Below are positions 14,208 through 25,812 of a stretch of 64,000 nucleotides of DNA, one piece after another. The notes under the pieces are model-generated. The model did not search any database, was not told the DNA's origin, and saw only the letters and a list, made by a program, of their open reading frames with translations. The stretch is taken from contig CM082596.2 in NCBI GenBank assembly GCA_040954595.2, positions 4,608,181 through 4,672,180 on the forward strand, given 5' to 3'. Position 1 is the first letter of the stretch; each line of letters opens with the position of its first letter. A program made the position numbers and the translations under genes. Source of the stretch: Balanoglossus misakiensis. Its lineage: Eukaryota > Animalia > Hemichordata.

Positions 14208-17200
14208 ATGAGTACCACTGCCATGGGAGATAATGAAACATTAGAAAGTACGGAAGGGTCATCTGTTCCTGCAAGAAGAAGTGGTCATGTCGCTGGTATA
14301 TTTGGTGACAATCTCTATATCTGGGGTGGCTATCTGGTAATGTTACTTATTAAGTCTTTGTGTGTGTGTGTGTGGTGGGGGGGGGGGGGGGGGGTATGTA
14401 CAAACATGTATGTATGTGTGTGTGTGTTTCTTTGAGAGAGAGGTGCAGAAAGTGGGAATAGCTATGTGATGTATGTCATAAAAGCCAATCTGATTGGTCA
14501 AAACAAAAGTTGTTGGTTTCTTCATCAACTTCAGTGTATCTGCTGAGCCAATCAAAACCATTGCCTTATTAGTTATAAACAATATCGACATCTGACCTAC
14601 CAGCAGAACTCGCATAATGTTCACGTGAATGTTTCTTTAACTTGCGCAAGTATCAATCATTTGAACAAAAATATTACAGGCAAACTTCTTCGTGACTTGA
14701 CTCATGATTTGTGTCACATGTTTAGGACTTGCCTGGGAGTCCCCTACCAATAGACCGTTATCTGCCCCCAGCTGAATTATGGGTATATAGCATTGAATCA
14801 GAGAGTTGGTAAGTTACATTAACATTTGTAAGCGTTTGCATTCATCCCTATCTGCACTTCATATAGAACCAACTCATTATGAATGTTACAACTAATCTAA
14901 ATAAAGTTGCAACATCAGTCATGCAAACATGTACGTCATATCATCATCTAATATGCCACAGGAAGTTGGAGGAAACCTCTGGAGCTATCCCGCCTGGTAT
15001 GTCAGGATGTGCCACTTGTGTGATTGGGGAATTGCTCTACGTGTTTGGTGGATTTGAGAAAAATGAAAATTCAAATAAGGTGAGGATTGTGTATCGTTAA
15101 ATGTGAACACCCATTTTTGTTCATTACTGGGAATCTATTGAATTTTCTGGCGTAAATGGTTATTGATAGACTGCGCATTTCCTTTCAGTTGCATTGTTTG
15201 AATCTCCGAACAAAAGTATGGTGTTTGTTAACAAACAAGGGGGATGTACCGAGTCCAAGAGACAAGACTATATCCTGGACGTATAAAAATAGGTATGGTA
15301 ATTTATCTGCGTATAGAATCATGCAATTTTAACTTCTGTGAGGTATTGAAATTCGTAAGCTTGATCAAAGTCACGTTTTTACACACATTACAGATATAAA
15401 ATAGGTGTGTTTGTTCACCATTATTATTTCAGGATATATGTGTTTGGTGGTTTTGGTCCCGAACCTCAAAAAACTTCGAGCTATGGTCAGTGGTTGTGGG
15501 ACAGTTCCAGCAGCTGGACGCCGGTAAGTCCAGACTACCCAGCTTCAAATAGTCACTTGGGAAATAGCTATGCATAATGTAGCTAGCTTGGCAATGATTT
15601 CAACCTTTTAGGCTGTGATGAGATGACAGCAAAATGTGTGATGAATCTAGATCACATTCATAGATTCTTCATAGGCATGATACAACAGTGACAGACAAAC
15701 TGATTTGAGGCAATTCATATGTATATATATACACAGGACCAAGGGCGTGGCTGGAACAATCACTTATATTCCTATGATGTTGAAACAGGGATATGGACAG
15801 AAGTCAAAACCATGGTGAGAGTTCTGTTATTACTACAAATGTACTTGATTTCGCCTCTTAATTCACAGACAGGAATTAAGACACCCACAATTTGAGTGTT
15901 TAGGATAATGACTTAAATTTATTGGTTTTATTGTTGTTGATAGGGAGAGTGTCCCTCTGGTAGAGCAGCTCATGCCGGTGCAGTTGTGGGAAACCAAGTT
16001 TTTATTTTTGGAGGAAGACATATTGTAAGTTTAAAAGTAGAACACTATGACTTGGGGAACGAGGAAAACCCAGATGGAGGACCAAACATTGCTTATAACT
16101 TTGATTTGTGACTTTTGTAGTACATTGTATTGACAATGTGATTTGTGGGCTGACAATGCTTGGTTTTATTTTTTTGTTTCCAGCAATACCGTCTCAATGA
16201 TTTACACTGTCTGAATTTAGACACCATGCAGTGGTCTGGGAAGTAAGTTTGAAATGCTTTAAATTTATTTACATTTTCATTCATGACAAAATAATGATGT
16301 ACATGTACTACATGTACCTTATATTGATGAATCAACATTTAATGCTGGTAGTAGTACATAAAATTCAAGGATTCATTCATTCTATTATTTCAGGATTCAG
16401 TGTTTGGGGGAACAACCTGTTGGCCGCTCCTGGCACACGTTGAACACAGTCAGCAGTAGACATATCATATTGTATGGAGGATTTGATTCAGAGTGTGTTC
16501 CTCTAGGTAAGGGTAAACAGCTCTTGTCTGATGCTATTTCAGTTTCACAACAAGCAAGACTTTCTCCCCAATAGAAAACAAACTTGTTTTTAATAGGGAT
16601 TCAATCTTTCAATATTTATGTGGTGGATGTCAAAATATGCTGATGTTTATTTTTGTTTATTAAGGTGACTGTTGGGTCTTGGATACACACAACATGGTAT
16701 GGACACAGTTGCCAGTGCCTTCCAAACCAAGGTAAGGCTTCCAAGATATCAGAATGTGAGACATTGTCCACACCACAGACTTTTGAATTAACCAATGACT
16801 GCCTTGATCAAACCCACATATATTTGTTTGTTAAAAAGTATAGTGACATTGTAGGGTCTCAATACTTTGTGCAAAATTACTGGAGCCATTGGATCGATAA
16901 TACACAGTTCTAGTTAAACTCTTAGTTTCATTCCTTCACAATTTAGATTATGGCATACAGCCTGTACCACATCTACCGGTGGGGAAATCATCATTTTTGG
17001 TGGCTGCAGTAATAATATATTAGGACTGGATGATAATCAACACTGCAATGATGTGATACATATTTATTTTTCACCAAAGTCACTTCTGAGGTATGTATCT
17101 ACCCACCGCCATTATTTTAAATGTCTGAATGGTAATACAATGCTGCTATTTCAAAGGTTTCAAAGACAATTCCTTCCGAGAATATTGCCAAATAGAGAAA

Positions 17201-17414
17201 TCCCCCCTTTAGCAAAATGTATTGATTTCATTGCAGGACAACCTTGGACGCAGTGGTCAAGCATAAAGATGTACTCTCCCAATATTTACATCACCTACCG
17301 AGGTCAATCATAGAGACACTAGAGAAAAGAATGAACACAACAATAAACAGAACCCTGACACCAAGCTCTGCCATGAACAATGTGCACAAGAGACATTCCT
17401 GTCTGGTGTCATAG
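14208..17414 (+). CDS. KLHDC2: Kelch domain-containing protein 1/2-like (cullin-RING C-degron substrate receptor), 12 coding exons
   Basis: Exons 14208-14336, 14726-14808, 14962-15079, 15189-15292, 15433-15523, 15737-15814, 15944-16024, 16184-16242, 16394-16506, 16665-16731, 16947-17090, 17237-17414. Kelch repeats RSGH..WGGY, FGG, PSPRDK, GWNN, RAAH..FGGR..RLNDLH, GRSWH, PRLWH; C-terminal BC-box-like SPKSLLR..LDAV. Confidence 0.9.
14359..14428. repeat. (GT)n and poly-G microsatellite in KLHDC intron 1
   Basis: TGTGTG run, a long G run, then a further GT run. Confidence 0.8.
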
Positions 17415-18215
17415 CCTTTGCCGTGTCAGAGTTTGTAGTTTAGTGTTGCAGTACCGTCCAGTGTGTGATTTCAATTCTGTCACCTGGTTTCAGAGCCTTA
17501 ATCGAAGGAAAGAAATACGACTCAGACATTGTTATATTCTATGCAACTCTTTGCCTCTGGAGGCAGTGTTCTAGACTGGCTTTTTGGATCAAATAGAGAG
17601 CACTGTTCAGGGGAAAACAGGGTCAGTCCGAGAGAAACCGAGTTATGCCATTAATGTAGAAAAGTTGATGTTTTGTGTGCAGAATTTTTAGTAATGTTAG
17701 CATGTTTTACAGAGTGTGAAGGACAATATTTTTAGAAGTATTAAAGAATTATTTAAATATTATCACAGTAAGAAAACTTCCTGGTTCACAGCAATTATGT
17801 ATAGTTTGTGATTTGTTTTCAACTACTCAACTTTCTGATCATGACAAAATTTTGTAACTGTAACAAATTTCAACCTTACTTCAACAAATGTTCTATCATG
17901 ACAAGTAAAATAAAGGAAGTTCAAACATGCTCTTATGTGTTGTGTGCAGTTATATCCAGAGTTGGGTTTGCAGAGATTCAGGAAAGTTCAAGACCGAAGG
18001 AGGCTCCGAGCTCTAGGCCTTGGGGAAAAGATGACTGCAATGAAATGATGGCACAGTTGCTTTTAATTTGTACAAACATTTATTTTCTTAGAAACTACTG
18101 AAGTTACAATTGAGTGACAGGTGGTAGACAGTATCTCACTTTACAGTTATCCAGTTTGTGGTTTAGTTCATAACAAAGAATTTCACACAGAAACAAATGC
18201 ATCTGCTTGTCCACA

Positions 18216-19253
18216 CTACTCTTCATCTTCCTCAAATGTTATACTTTGACTGTCGTACTGAAACACTTCCTCGGAGAAAATATCTTCCGGAAGTTCCTCT
18301 TCCAAATTTGGCATGTACGTTGGGAATGGTGGATACTCTGTTTTCGTCAGCTTGGAGTCCTTCAAGACGACAAATGATGTATGGTGCCCGGGGACCGACC
18401 CCTGCACGTACAGTATGTTGTATCTCGTGTTTACTCTCATGATCTTCAGGTTGACTACAAAGCGAAGCTGGTTGCCCATTTGTCCCGGCATACGCTTGCC
18501 TTTCCTCACTCTGGACGGTCTGGCAGAGCTTCCGACGGCGCCGATCTTCCGGTGGGTCTTCGTGGCGCCGTGCGACGCCGGCTGACCCTTCATCCCCCAT
18601 CGTTTCATGACGCCCTGGAAGCCGTGTCCGACTGACTTGGACGTGACGTCTACATACATCCCCGGCCTGAAGTGTGCAGCATACAGGGGCATGCCGGGCT
18701 GTATCTTAGCGTCCTCTGTTATTCGGAACTTGATCAATCTCTGCTTCACGGGAACGCAGGCCTTCCGAAAGATATCCGCGTACTCCTTTTCTACGTACCA
18801 CGGAGATGCGTTCTTCGCACCGACATACAAGTGGGCATATTTTTCCCCAGTCTCTGATGGTGGTAAGTAGTCAATAACATTGCAATCCTGCACCTGTAAC
18901 ATGGTTGTGGTGATCCGTTCTCCACTTTTCGTCCACATGGGGACCATCCCTAGCTTGATCGCAATGATGCCACAGCGTTTACTCCTCTCTGTCCATTTCT
19001 CAACCGGCCAGGGTTCATTCCTCAGAGGACTGGGTCTCAAGAGGTGCTGAACTCTTCCATAGTCGTGGGTGAACTGCAAGTTATCTGGAGTAATGTCACT
19101 TTCAATGTGGGCCTGACCTGGAGGGAGGGATGACACGCATCGCCTGTTTTGAACTGCATGGGAGACGGCCGTGGAGATTCTGTACTCGCACTTCAAGGAA
19201 ATCCCCCTGAAACAGGTCGGTAACATTTTCTGAAAGCATACGGTAAGTGACAT
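18216..19253 (-). CDS. MRPL3: Mitochondrial ribosomal protein L3 (uL3m), uninterrupted ORF
   Basis: 345-aa ORF with uL3 motifs GIIAIKLGM, HFRPGMYVDV, GHGFQGVMKRWG, PASHGATKTHR, KGKRMPGQMG, YVQGSVPG, PPFPTY; true start may be the second Met (MLPTCFRG). Confidence 0.95.
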   Translation of the reverse strand: MSLTVCFQKMLPTCFRGISLKCEYRISTAVSHAVQNRRCVSSLPPGQAHIESDITPDNLQFTHDYGRVQHLLRPSPLRNEPWPVEKWTERSKRCGIIAIKLGMVPMWTKSGERITTTMLQVQDCNVIDYLPPSETGEKYAHLYVGAKNASPWYVEKEYADIFRKACVPVKQRLIKFRITEDAKIQPGMPLYAAHFRPGMYVDVTSKSVGHGFQGVMKRWGMKGQPASHGATKTHRKIGAVGSSARPSRVRKGKRMPGQMGNQLRFVVNLKIMRVNTRYNILYVQGSVPGHHTSFVVLKDSKLTKTEYPPFPTYMPNLEEELPEDIFSEEVFQYDSQSITFEEDEE

Positions 19254-20031
19254 CTTGTTACAAGGTTCGTAAGGAGTCGATCAGGACAACTTACACTACT
19301 GATCAGTTCGATCTTCGTGCTCCTGCATCCAGCATGTCCCGGGGAACATTGCATTGTGGGTAGGTCAGAAGAGTCAACACTGTCGACAGAGGGCGTTTGT
19401 ATTTCCGGTAAATGCGTGCAGCAAATGCTGTCTGCACACACGATCAGCCGGCGTCGTGTTGAAGACCGTAGAAAGACTGATACTGAAGCCTGCTGAAGTA
19501 TACCGATGTTCTTGTAAAAGTCGTTCGTGATTAAGTTTGATAAGTATAATTCACTGTGTATACGGACTTGTGTGGATCACCCGGCACCGAGCGAGGAAGA
19601 CGACATATTGAAATTGACATTACTTCGGCGTTGCATCAGTTTGCAGCTGATGGTGGTCTAATTGTGACGGCCTGGAACTTCGAAGCCCTAAAATAACCCG
19701 ATCTTGTAAATGTTGAATGCACAATATGACCACGCAGATCAACAGAGAAGACAGCTAAAGAAACCAAGTGGTTTGATGTATTGAATGTAGACATATTGAT
19801 ATCACGTTGTAAAGTAATAGAACATTGAACTTTGAAGTTGTGAGGACAATCTTGGGATAACAAAAAGGTACGTATTTTTCTCTACCAACCATAAAATAAT
19901 GTATATGCTTATTAGTTAACCAGATCCATAGTTTAATGGGGAAAACCTGAACTTTCTTTACCAGCTGAGTAAACAACATAAAACCCACTGTTACATATTT
20001 GAAGATAAGAATATCCTATTTTCATGACTAG
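19254..20031. promoter_or_regulatory. Bidirectional promoter / 5' UTRs of MRPL3 and CDKAL1
   Basis: Head-to-head starts ~780 bp apart; + strand UTR donor AAG|GTACGT at ~19867 and acceptor TAG immediately before the CDKAL1 ATG. Confidence 0.55.
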
Positions 20032-23000
20032 ATGCCAGTTTGTGAGCAAGCCATAGAAGACATAGAAGATTTTGTATCAGGGACAGATTTAACACCAAAT
20101 GACAGATACAATGTCAAGAAAGATATTGTGCCGAGGGCAAGGAAACACAAGATCGTCAAGGCATCAGAAGAAAAAACATTCGCGGATAGGTGAGTTATGT
20201 TCTTACGGTATGTTGTATTATGAACATTTTCAAATGTGTAAGAATTCTCAAAAACAAAAGTGCTTATTGTTGTCATTTCTTTCCAGCATCATTCCTGGCA
20301 CTCAAAGTATTTATGTGAAAACCTGGGGCTGTTCTCACAATAATTCCGACAGTGAATACATGGCTGGACAGTTGGCTGCATATGGCTACAAAATCATAGG
20401 TGAGTATGCTAAAAAAACAGTGAAACTTGACTGATCATCAATTACTTCTCCACAACAAAAAAACAACATACACTATAAAACAATTTTTCTCTGCTATGGA
20501 AACACCCAACATTTGCCTGAAACACTTTTTGACTTGGTGACCCCCCTCCATCACCCAATTCCAAAACAGGGTGACCTCCCCCATGAATCCATCACCCCAG
20601 GCCAAAGAGATTGACCAGTCCCTTAAAATGTTTTTGTGCAGATAAGGAAGAGGAAGCAGATCTTTGGTTACTGAACAGCTGCACAGTGAAGACTCCGGCA
20701 GAAGATCATTTCCGCAATTCCATCAACAAAGCAAGGGATCTCAACAAGTACCTAGTGGTGGCAGGGTGTGTTCCCCAAGCTCAGCCCAGACTGAACTACA
20801 TCCACGGCGTCAGCGTTGTTGGCGTTCAGCAAATTGACAGAATCGTGGAAGTTGTGGAAGAAACTTTCAAGGGTGAGTAATTCTCTCTACCTTAAATAGG
20901 TTTTTGCTACCTAGGTGAGTGATTAAAATCTGATGTGGTCGACTGACTGACAAGATGGCAGATTTTCTTTTAGTACAATGAACTGGGAAGCAAAAGCAGG
21001 AAATGGATCTGTTTCTATAAAAAAATAACCATCTCATTACTTGTTTTTCTTTGAACCAGGTCACACTGTCAGGTTGTTTGGACAGAAGAAGAAAGATGGA
21101 AAGAAAACAGGAGGTGCTCCCCTAAGTCTGCCAAAAATTAGGAAAAACCCACTCATTGAAATAATTGCCATTAACACTGGGTAAGTAGATGACCTGAGCT
21201 TTCTCCATTGGTGGTGAAAGGGTTAAGAGACCACTGTAACCAGTGACCAATGTTCTTTGTTAATTTTCATTTATAGATGTTTGAATGCGTGTACATACTG
21301 CAAGACGAAACATGCACGCGGAGAACTGGGCAGTTATCCAATAGAGGAATTAGTAGAAAGAGCTAGACAGTCTTTTCAAGGTAAGTACTACACTATTATT
21401 TCTTAGATGAAACAGTATACTGTAACACAGACATCACAGTGTGTATTTATATCTTTTACTTGTTTTGTTAAATGTTAGAGGGTGTCTGTGAACTCTGGCT
21501 GACAAGTGAGGACACAGGAGCCTATGGTAAAGACATTGGTGTGACAATAGTGGATTTGCTGTGGCAGTTAGTGGAAGTGATCCCAGAGGGGTGCATGTTA
21601 CGCATTGGAATGACAAATCCTCCTTACATCTTGGAACATCTTGAGGTGAGGTTATATCTGAAAGTTTCCAAGGTAGTGGGGCCACTCTCTGATTTGAGGT
21701 TTTGTAAGTTTGCTAAAAGTTACAGCCACACAATTTACTTGCACAGCACATCAATAATATGTACCACTGTATTTTATGGCTTTTGTTGATAGGAAATCTC
21801 CAAGATCTTGAAACACCCCAGAGTCTATTCATTCTTACATGTACCAGTTCAGTCTGGTTCGGACAGTGTCTTGATGGATATGAAAAGAGAGTATTGCTCT
21901 GATGACTTCAGACATGTTGTTAACTTCCTCAAAGAAAGGTGAGAGTCAATGTATTTTGTTAACCAATGCATCGATTTCAAGTGATCAGACATACGATTGT
22001 AACCTTAGTACAAGATTTCACCACCAATCATTTGATTTTTTTACTTTCAGGGTTCCAGGTGCTACCATAGCAACTGATATTATTTGTGGATTTCCCACAG
22101 AAACTGATGAGGTGAGATGATCATTTCATGACACAAGTTATCTGACATGTTGGTCACACATTATTGCATTTACAACAAGCCTGGTGGCAATCCATGCCTT
22201 GGCTACACTAGCATCTGGATCTGATATTTTTTAGCAACTGCAATCTAATAATTATTTTATCATCATCACTCGTATTTTATTTCAGGATTTTGAAGAGACC
22301 ATGAAATTAGTCGACGAATTCAAATTCCCCAGTTTATTTATCAATCAATATTTTCCGAGACCGGGAACGCCTTCTGCCAAAATGCCACGCATACCAACCA
22401 GAGAGGTAAGTTGACATGAACAGGTGAAAAAAAACGGAAGTGTTCCTTTCTGGCTGTGATTTTGTGACATTTTGAAAGAAACTGATCAAATGTTTGTCAA
22501 TCTTTTCCTTAGGTCAAGAAGAGAACCAAAAAATTATCGGAATTATTTCAAAGCTACAGACCGTATGATCACAAAGTTGGCGAGAGACAACATGTGCTGG
22601 TCACAGAGGATTCACATGACGGCAGATTCTATGTTGCACATAACAAATTTTATGAACAGGTACAGGATTATGTGATATGTATAAGAGTGTAATGTTGAAC
22701 AATCACGGGCCAGGTTATTGTGATCGATGGCAACATGGGAAAATTCTCGGCACACTGAACTCCTTCACAATCTTTATTGTCATTTCTGTCAGGTTTTGGT
22801 TCCTCGGAAAGAAGAGTTTCTGGGCAAAATGATTGAAGTGAAGATAACATCAACTGGCAAGCACTACCTGATAGGAGATCTGATCACAGAGTCAGAACTA
22901 GTGACACCATCCATCAGTAAACCACTGCCCAAGGGAGTCGTGTCCGGAATGCAACTTGTAAGTCAGAGGTTCTCAAATCAAGTTACAATTTTAAAAGTGA

Positions 23001-23200
23001 GCATGCTGATAGCTGTCTTCTTAGGAACATTCTGAACATTAATTCTCAACATTTTTGCTTCTCATCTGCAGACTTCAGAAGATCACGCCAACTCCCCAAG
23101 TAAAGCCAGACCCTGGTTTGCCATAGCTGTCTATGTGGTCATCACTGCTGTTATTTTGGACATTGTGAAAATCGCTTACCAGTACCTCGTCAGCAGATAG
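20032..23200 (+). CDS. CDKAL1: Threonylcarbamoyladenosine tRNA methylthiotransferase (radical SAM, tail-anchored), 12 coding exons
   Basis: Exons 20032-20189, 20287-20399, 20642-20872, 21060-21180, 21277-21380, 21479-21645, 21793-21938, 22051-22111, 22286-22405, 22513-22659, 22793-22957, 23072-23200. UPF0004 motifs [24 protein letters not shown]; radical [11 protein letters not shown]; TDIICGFP; TRAM domain; C-terminal hydrophobic segment [15 protein letters not shown]. Confidence 0.96.
20490..20626. mobile_element. Right end of a non-autonomous DNA-transposon-like repeat (AGGGACTGGTCA terminus, TTAA junction)
   Basis: TGACCAGTCCCTTAA at 20612-20626 is the inverse of AGGGACTGGTCA at 39885; CATCACCCAATTCCAA shared with ~39963; left boundary approximate. 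Confidence 0.55.
20878..20966. repeat. Dispersed repeat fragment, second copy at 46742-46820
   Basis: TAAATAGGTTTTTGCTACCTAGGT[G/A]AGTGAT[T/G]AAAATCTGA ... CAAGATGGCAGATTTT in both places. Confidence 0.75.
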
Positions 23201-23411
23201 TTTCTATGACAACTGAATCATGTTGGGAATCTCGTTTTATCAGTCTGGTGATTGAGACTGAATCTTGAGGACTGTTTTATTGAAAATTTACACATTTTTT
23301 CTTTCTTTGCCTGGCTATTAAGTAATAAATTGTTTAGTATTGGCTGGGTTATTGTGACTGCTGAAAGTCTTGATACAGAACACTGCATTGTTGTGCACTT
23401 TCTAAAAAGAC

Positions 23412-23453
23412 AATAAACCAAACTTAATTTGAAATAAACCAAACTTAATTTGA
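23412..23453 (+). repeat. Exact 21-bp tandem duplication containing the probable CDKAL1 poly(A) signal
   Basis: AATAAACCAAACTTAATTTGA x2. Confidence 0.8.
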
Positions 23454-25812
23454 TGGTACATTGTGTACTTTATGTGTCAGTCTGTCATAAAGTATGGCCT
23501 GGGAGAATGTGAGTGACAAATAATGTCAAGAATGTACATTTTCGTTTTGAAGTGCGCCATCAACGATAATCCTTGTCTAAGCGTCTGCCCTCAGCGTCAT
23601 GTAGGAGAGCAGCTGATCGATACGAACACACTGCAATGTTGATGATTGATTTTTCACGTTTGCACAAGGATTTAGAATTTATTTCAGCTCATCGGACCCA
23701 CTCAAAGCATTCACTGGACAAGGTAGAGTAGGCCAGGTAAGTCTGTAGTTTAGATTTTCAACGAATTTGAGAATATAACGGTGATTATGGCATGCAACCG
23801 GTTAAGCGTCCGGCGGCGTCCATAGTAATGTATGGTTGTTGTTTTGTTGATCATCATGTGTGTTCTGCCACCCAAATAATTCCGTCCATCTATCCATCGA
23901 TCGATCGGCGGATCGACTTCATTAAATGGCAACAGTTTTTTTCTAACCCGATCACACGTCTAAAAGGATGTCCAAAACTCTGATATACAATCGCGATCGG
24001 ATCGGAAGCAACGTTGTTTATACTGTATAGTATGATATTTTTGAAGTGCAGTTTGACCCTACTCTAGACTGAGGCAATGTAAGTCAATGTGGGTCTCCTC
24101 TTGGGATGTAGCAGATCAAGGCAAGGGCATGCAAGGAAATCGGGCAAGGCGATCAAACACGGAATCTTCGGTTACTGTGAATGGGATTCTTGCAAGCCAA
24201 TAAAATAGGGACGCTGTTTCTTTTTCAAAGAGCCTATAAAAAGCTTGTTGTATAATGCAGGGCCCAGTATAACCTGGCTGGTGATGGTGTGAAAGGCGCG
24301 ATAAACCATTCAGAAATCGATTTATATTGTTATCAGAAGGAGGGGCAGTCGACACTAATATTTCAGACCCGACCTCCACATAATTAAAATCCAAACAAAT
24401 GTTCAGCGCATGTTAAAAATGAAATATACATTTATAAGGACCTGTTCACACAATCCATTTAATTAACAGTTAACAAGGTTATTGTAATGAACGCGTGAAT
24501 TGTTAAATAAAAAAATGATCAACTTTAAATGTTTGTTTATGCACCTATACTGGATAGATTGGAAAATGACAAAAACAGATTCCTGAAATGATCAGCAAAT
24601 ACTTGAGTACTGCGCTCATTGCATCTATGCATACTTCTGCTTTAATCCTTCACACGGACATAATGAGTCAACCATTTTGGGTGGGGACCCCAGATTTCAT
24701 ATTTATAGTATCAAAATCATAAATTTATAAACCTGAAAACACATCCTTTGATAAAATCACATTAATATTAAATATCAATTGAGCTATACCATGTGGCAAT
24801 ATGCAGATAGATACAACAGTGACCCATTGTTATATATCTGTGCTATATTTAGTTACAAACACAAAATGATCAATGCATTTATAAATTTGTATTGTCTGGT
24901 TTGCTGTGACAACTGTTGGCTTGACACACAAAGATTGGGATCTTTATTAATTGTTTTATGGTTTTACCACTCTATCAGTAACCCAGTAGCGAAATTGGGT
25001 CAACCTGTTCAGTTTGTCACAAACTATGCAGAAAATAGGTACAATATGATCAGAGACTCACCCCCCCCCCCAGTCATATGCCTATACATAATCTGCAAAC
25101 AACCAAGATGTATTGATTGTCTAATACAATACAGCAACAATATGGGTCTGGTGAATTAGTTGTTAAACTTGTAAGTCTTTGTATTCCAGTTTACAATGCA
25201 CTATAAATACAACAATATGGATTGTTACGGTGTGTATATCCATTGATTGATAGATGTCAAACACATTACTACCTGTACATGTGGACACTTGACTTTAACT
25301 ACAAACAGCTGTAACACTATTACAGACATGATAATATGAGTTCATGAGGACAACAATAGTGCCTCACCCATTCAACAAAGCATCACATGTGTTACTAACA
25401 ATGGACAAAGAATTCATTGAATGATTGTAATGTAGACAGTACCTAATCCCACATGTTCATCACCCATTGATGTGTGTATGCATCTTAGACATATTGTGTC
25501 CTTGATGGTGTGGTACAGGTTGCAACTAGACACACTGGCAATGGCATCCTTTAGAATTTGAACACAATACATCTTGTACATTGTCCACTTTTAAACAGGC
25601 CAGGAAAGAAGGTTGACCCAAGTCTCTGGTGCCTGGACAATTTGTTGTACAGGTTGACCTTGTGAGTCTCGCGTGCCTGGTCTATTTTTTGTACAAGTTG
25701 ACCTTGGAAAAGTCAAAATGTAGGTGTATACATGTAAATCATAACGTGTGTAGTTTTATAGGTGATCTAATATTCTCAGGTTTATCTCTTCTAAGTTCTA
25801 GATGTGCTGAAA

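Noticed and set aside
19193-19606. Selenoprotein-like read-through MSSSSLGAG-TGA-STQV upstream of MRPL3
   Set aside because: No convincing SECIS stem in the MRPL3 3' UTR and no selenoprotein similarity
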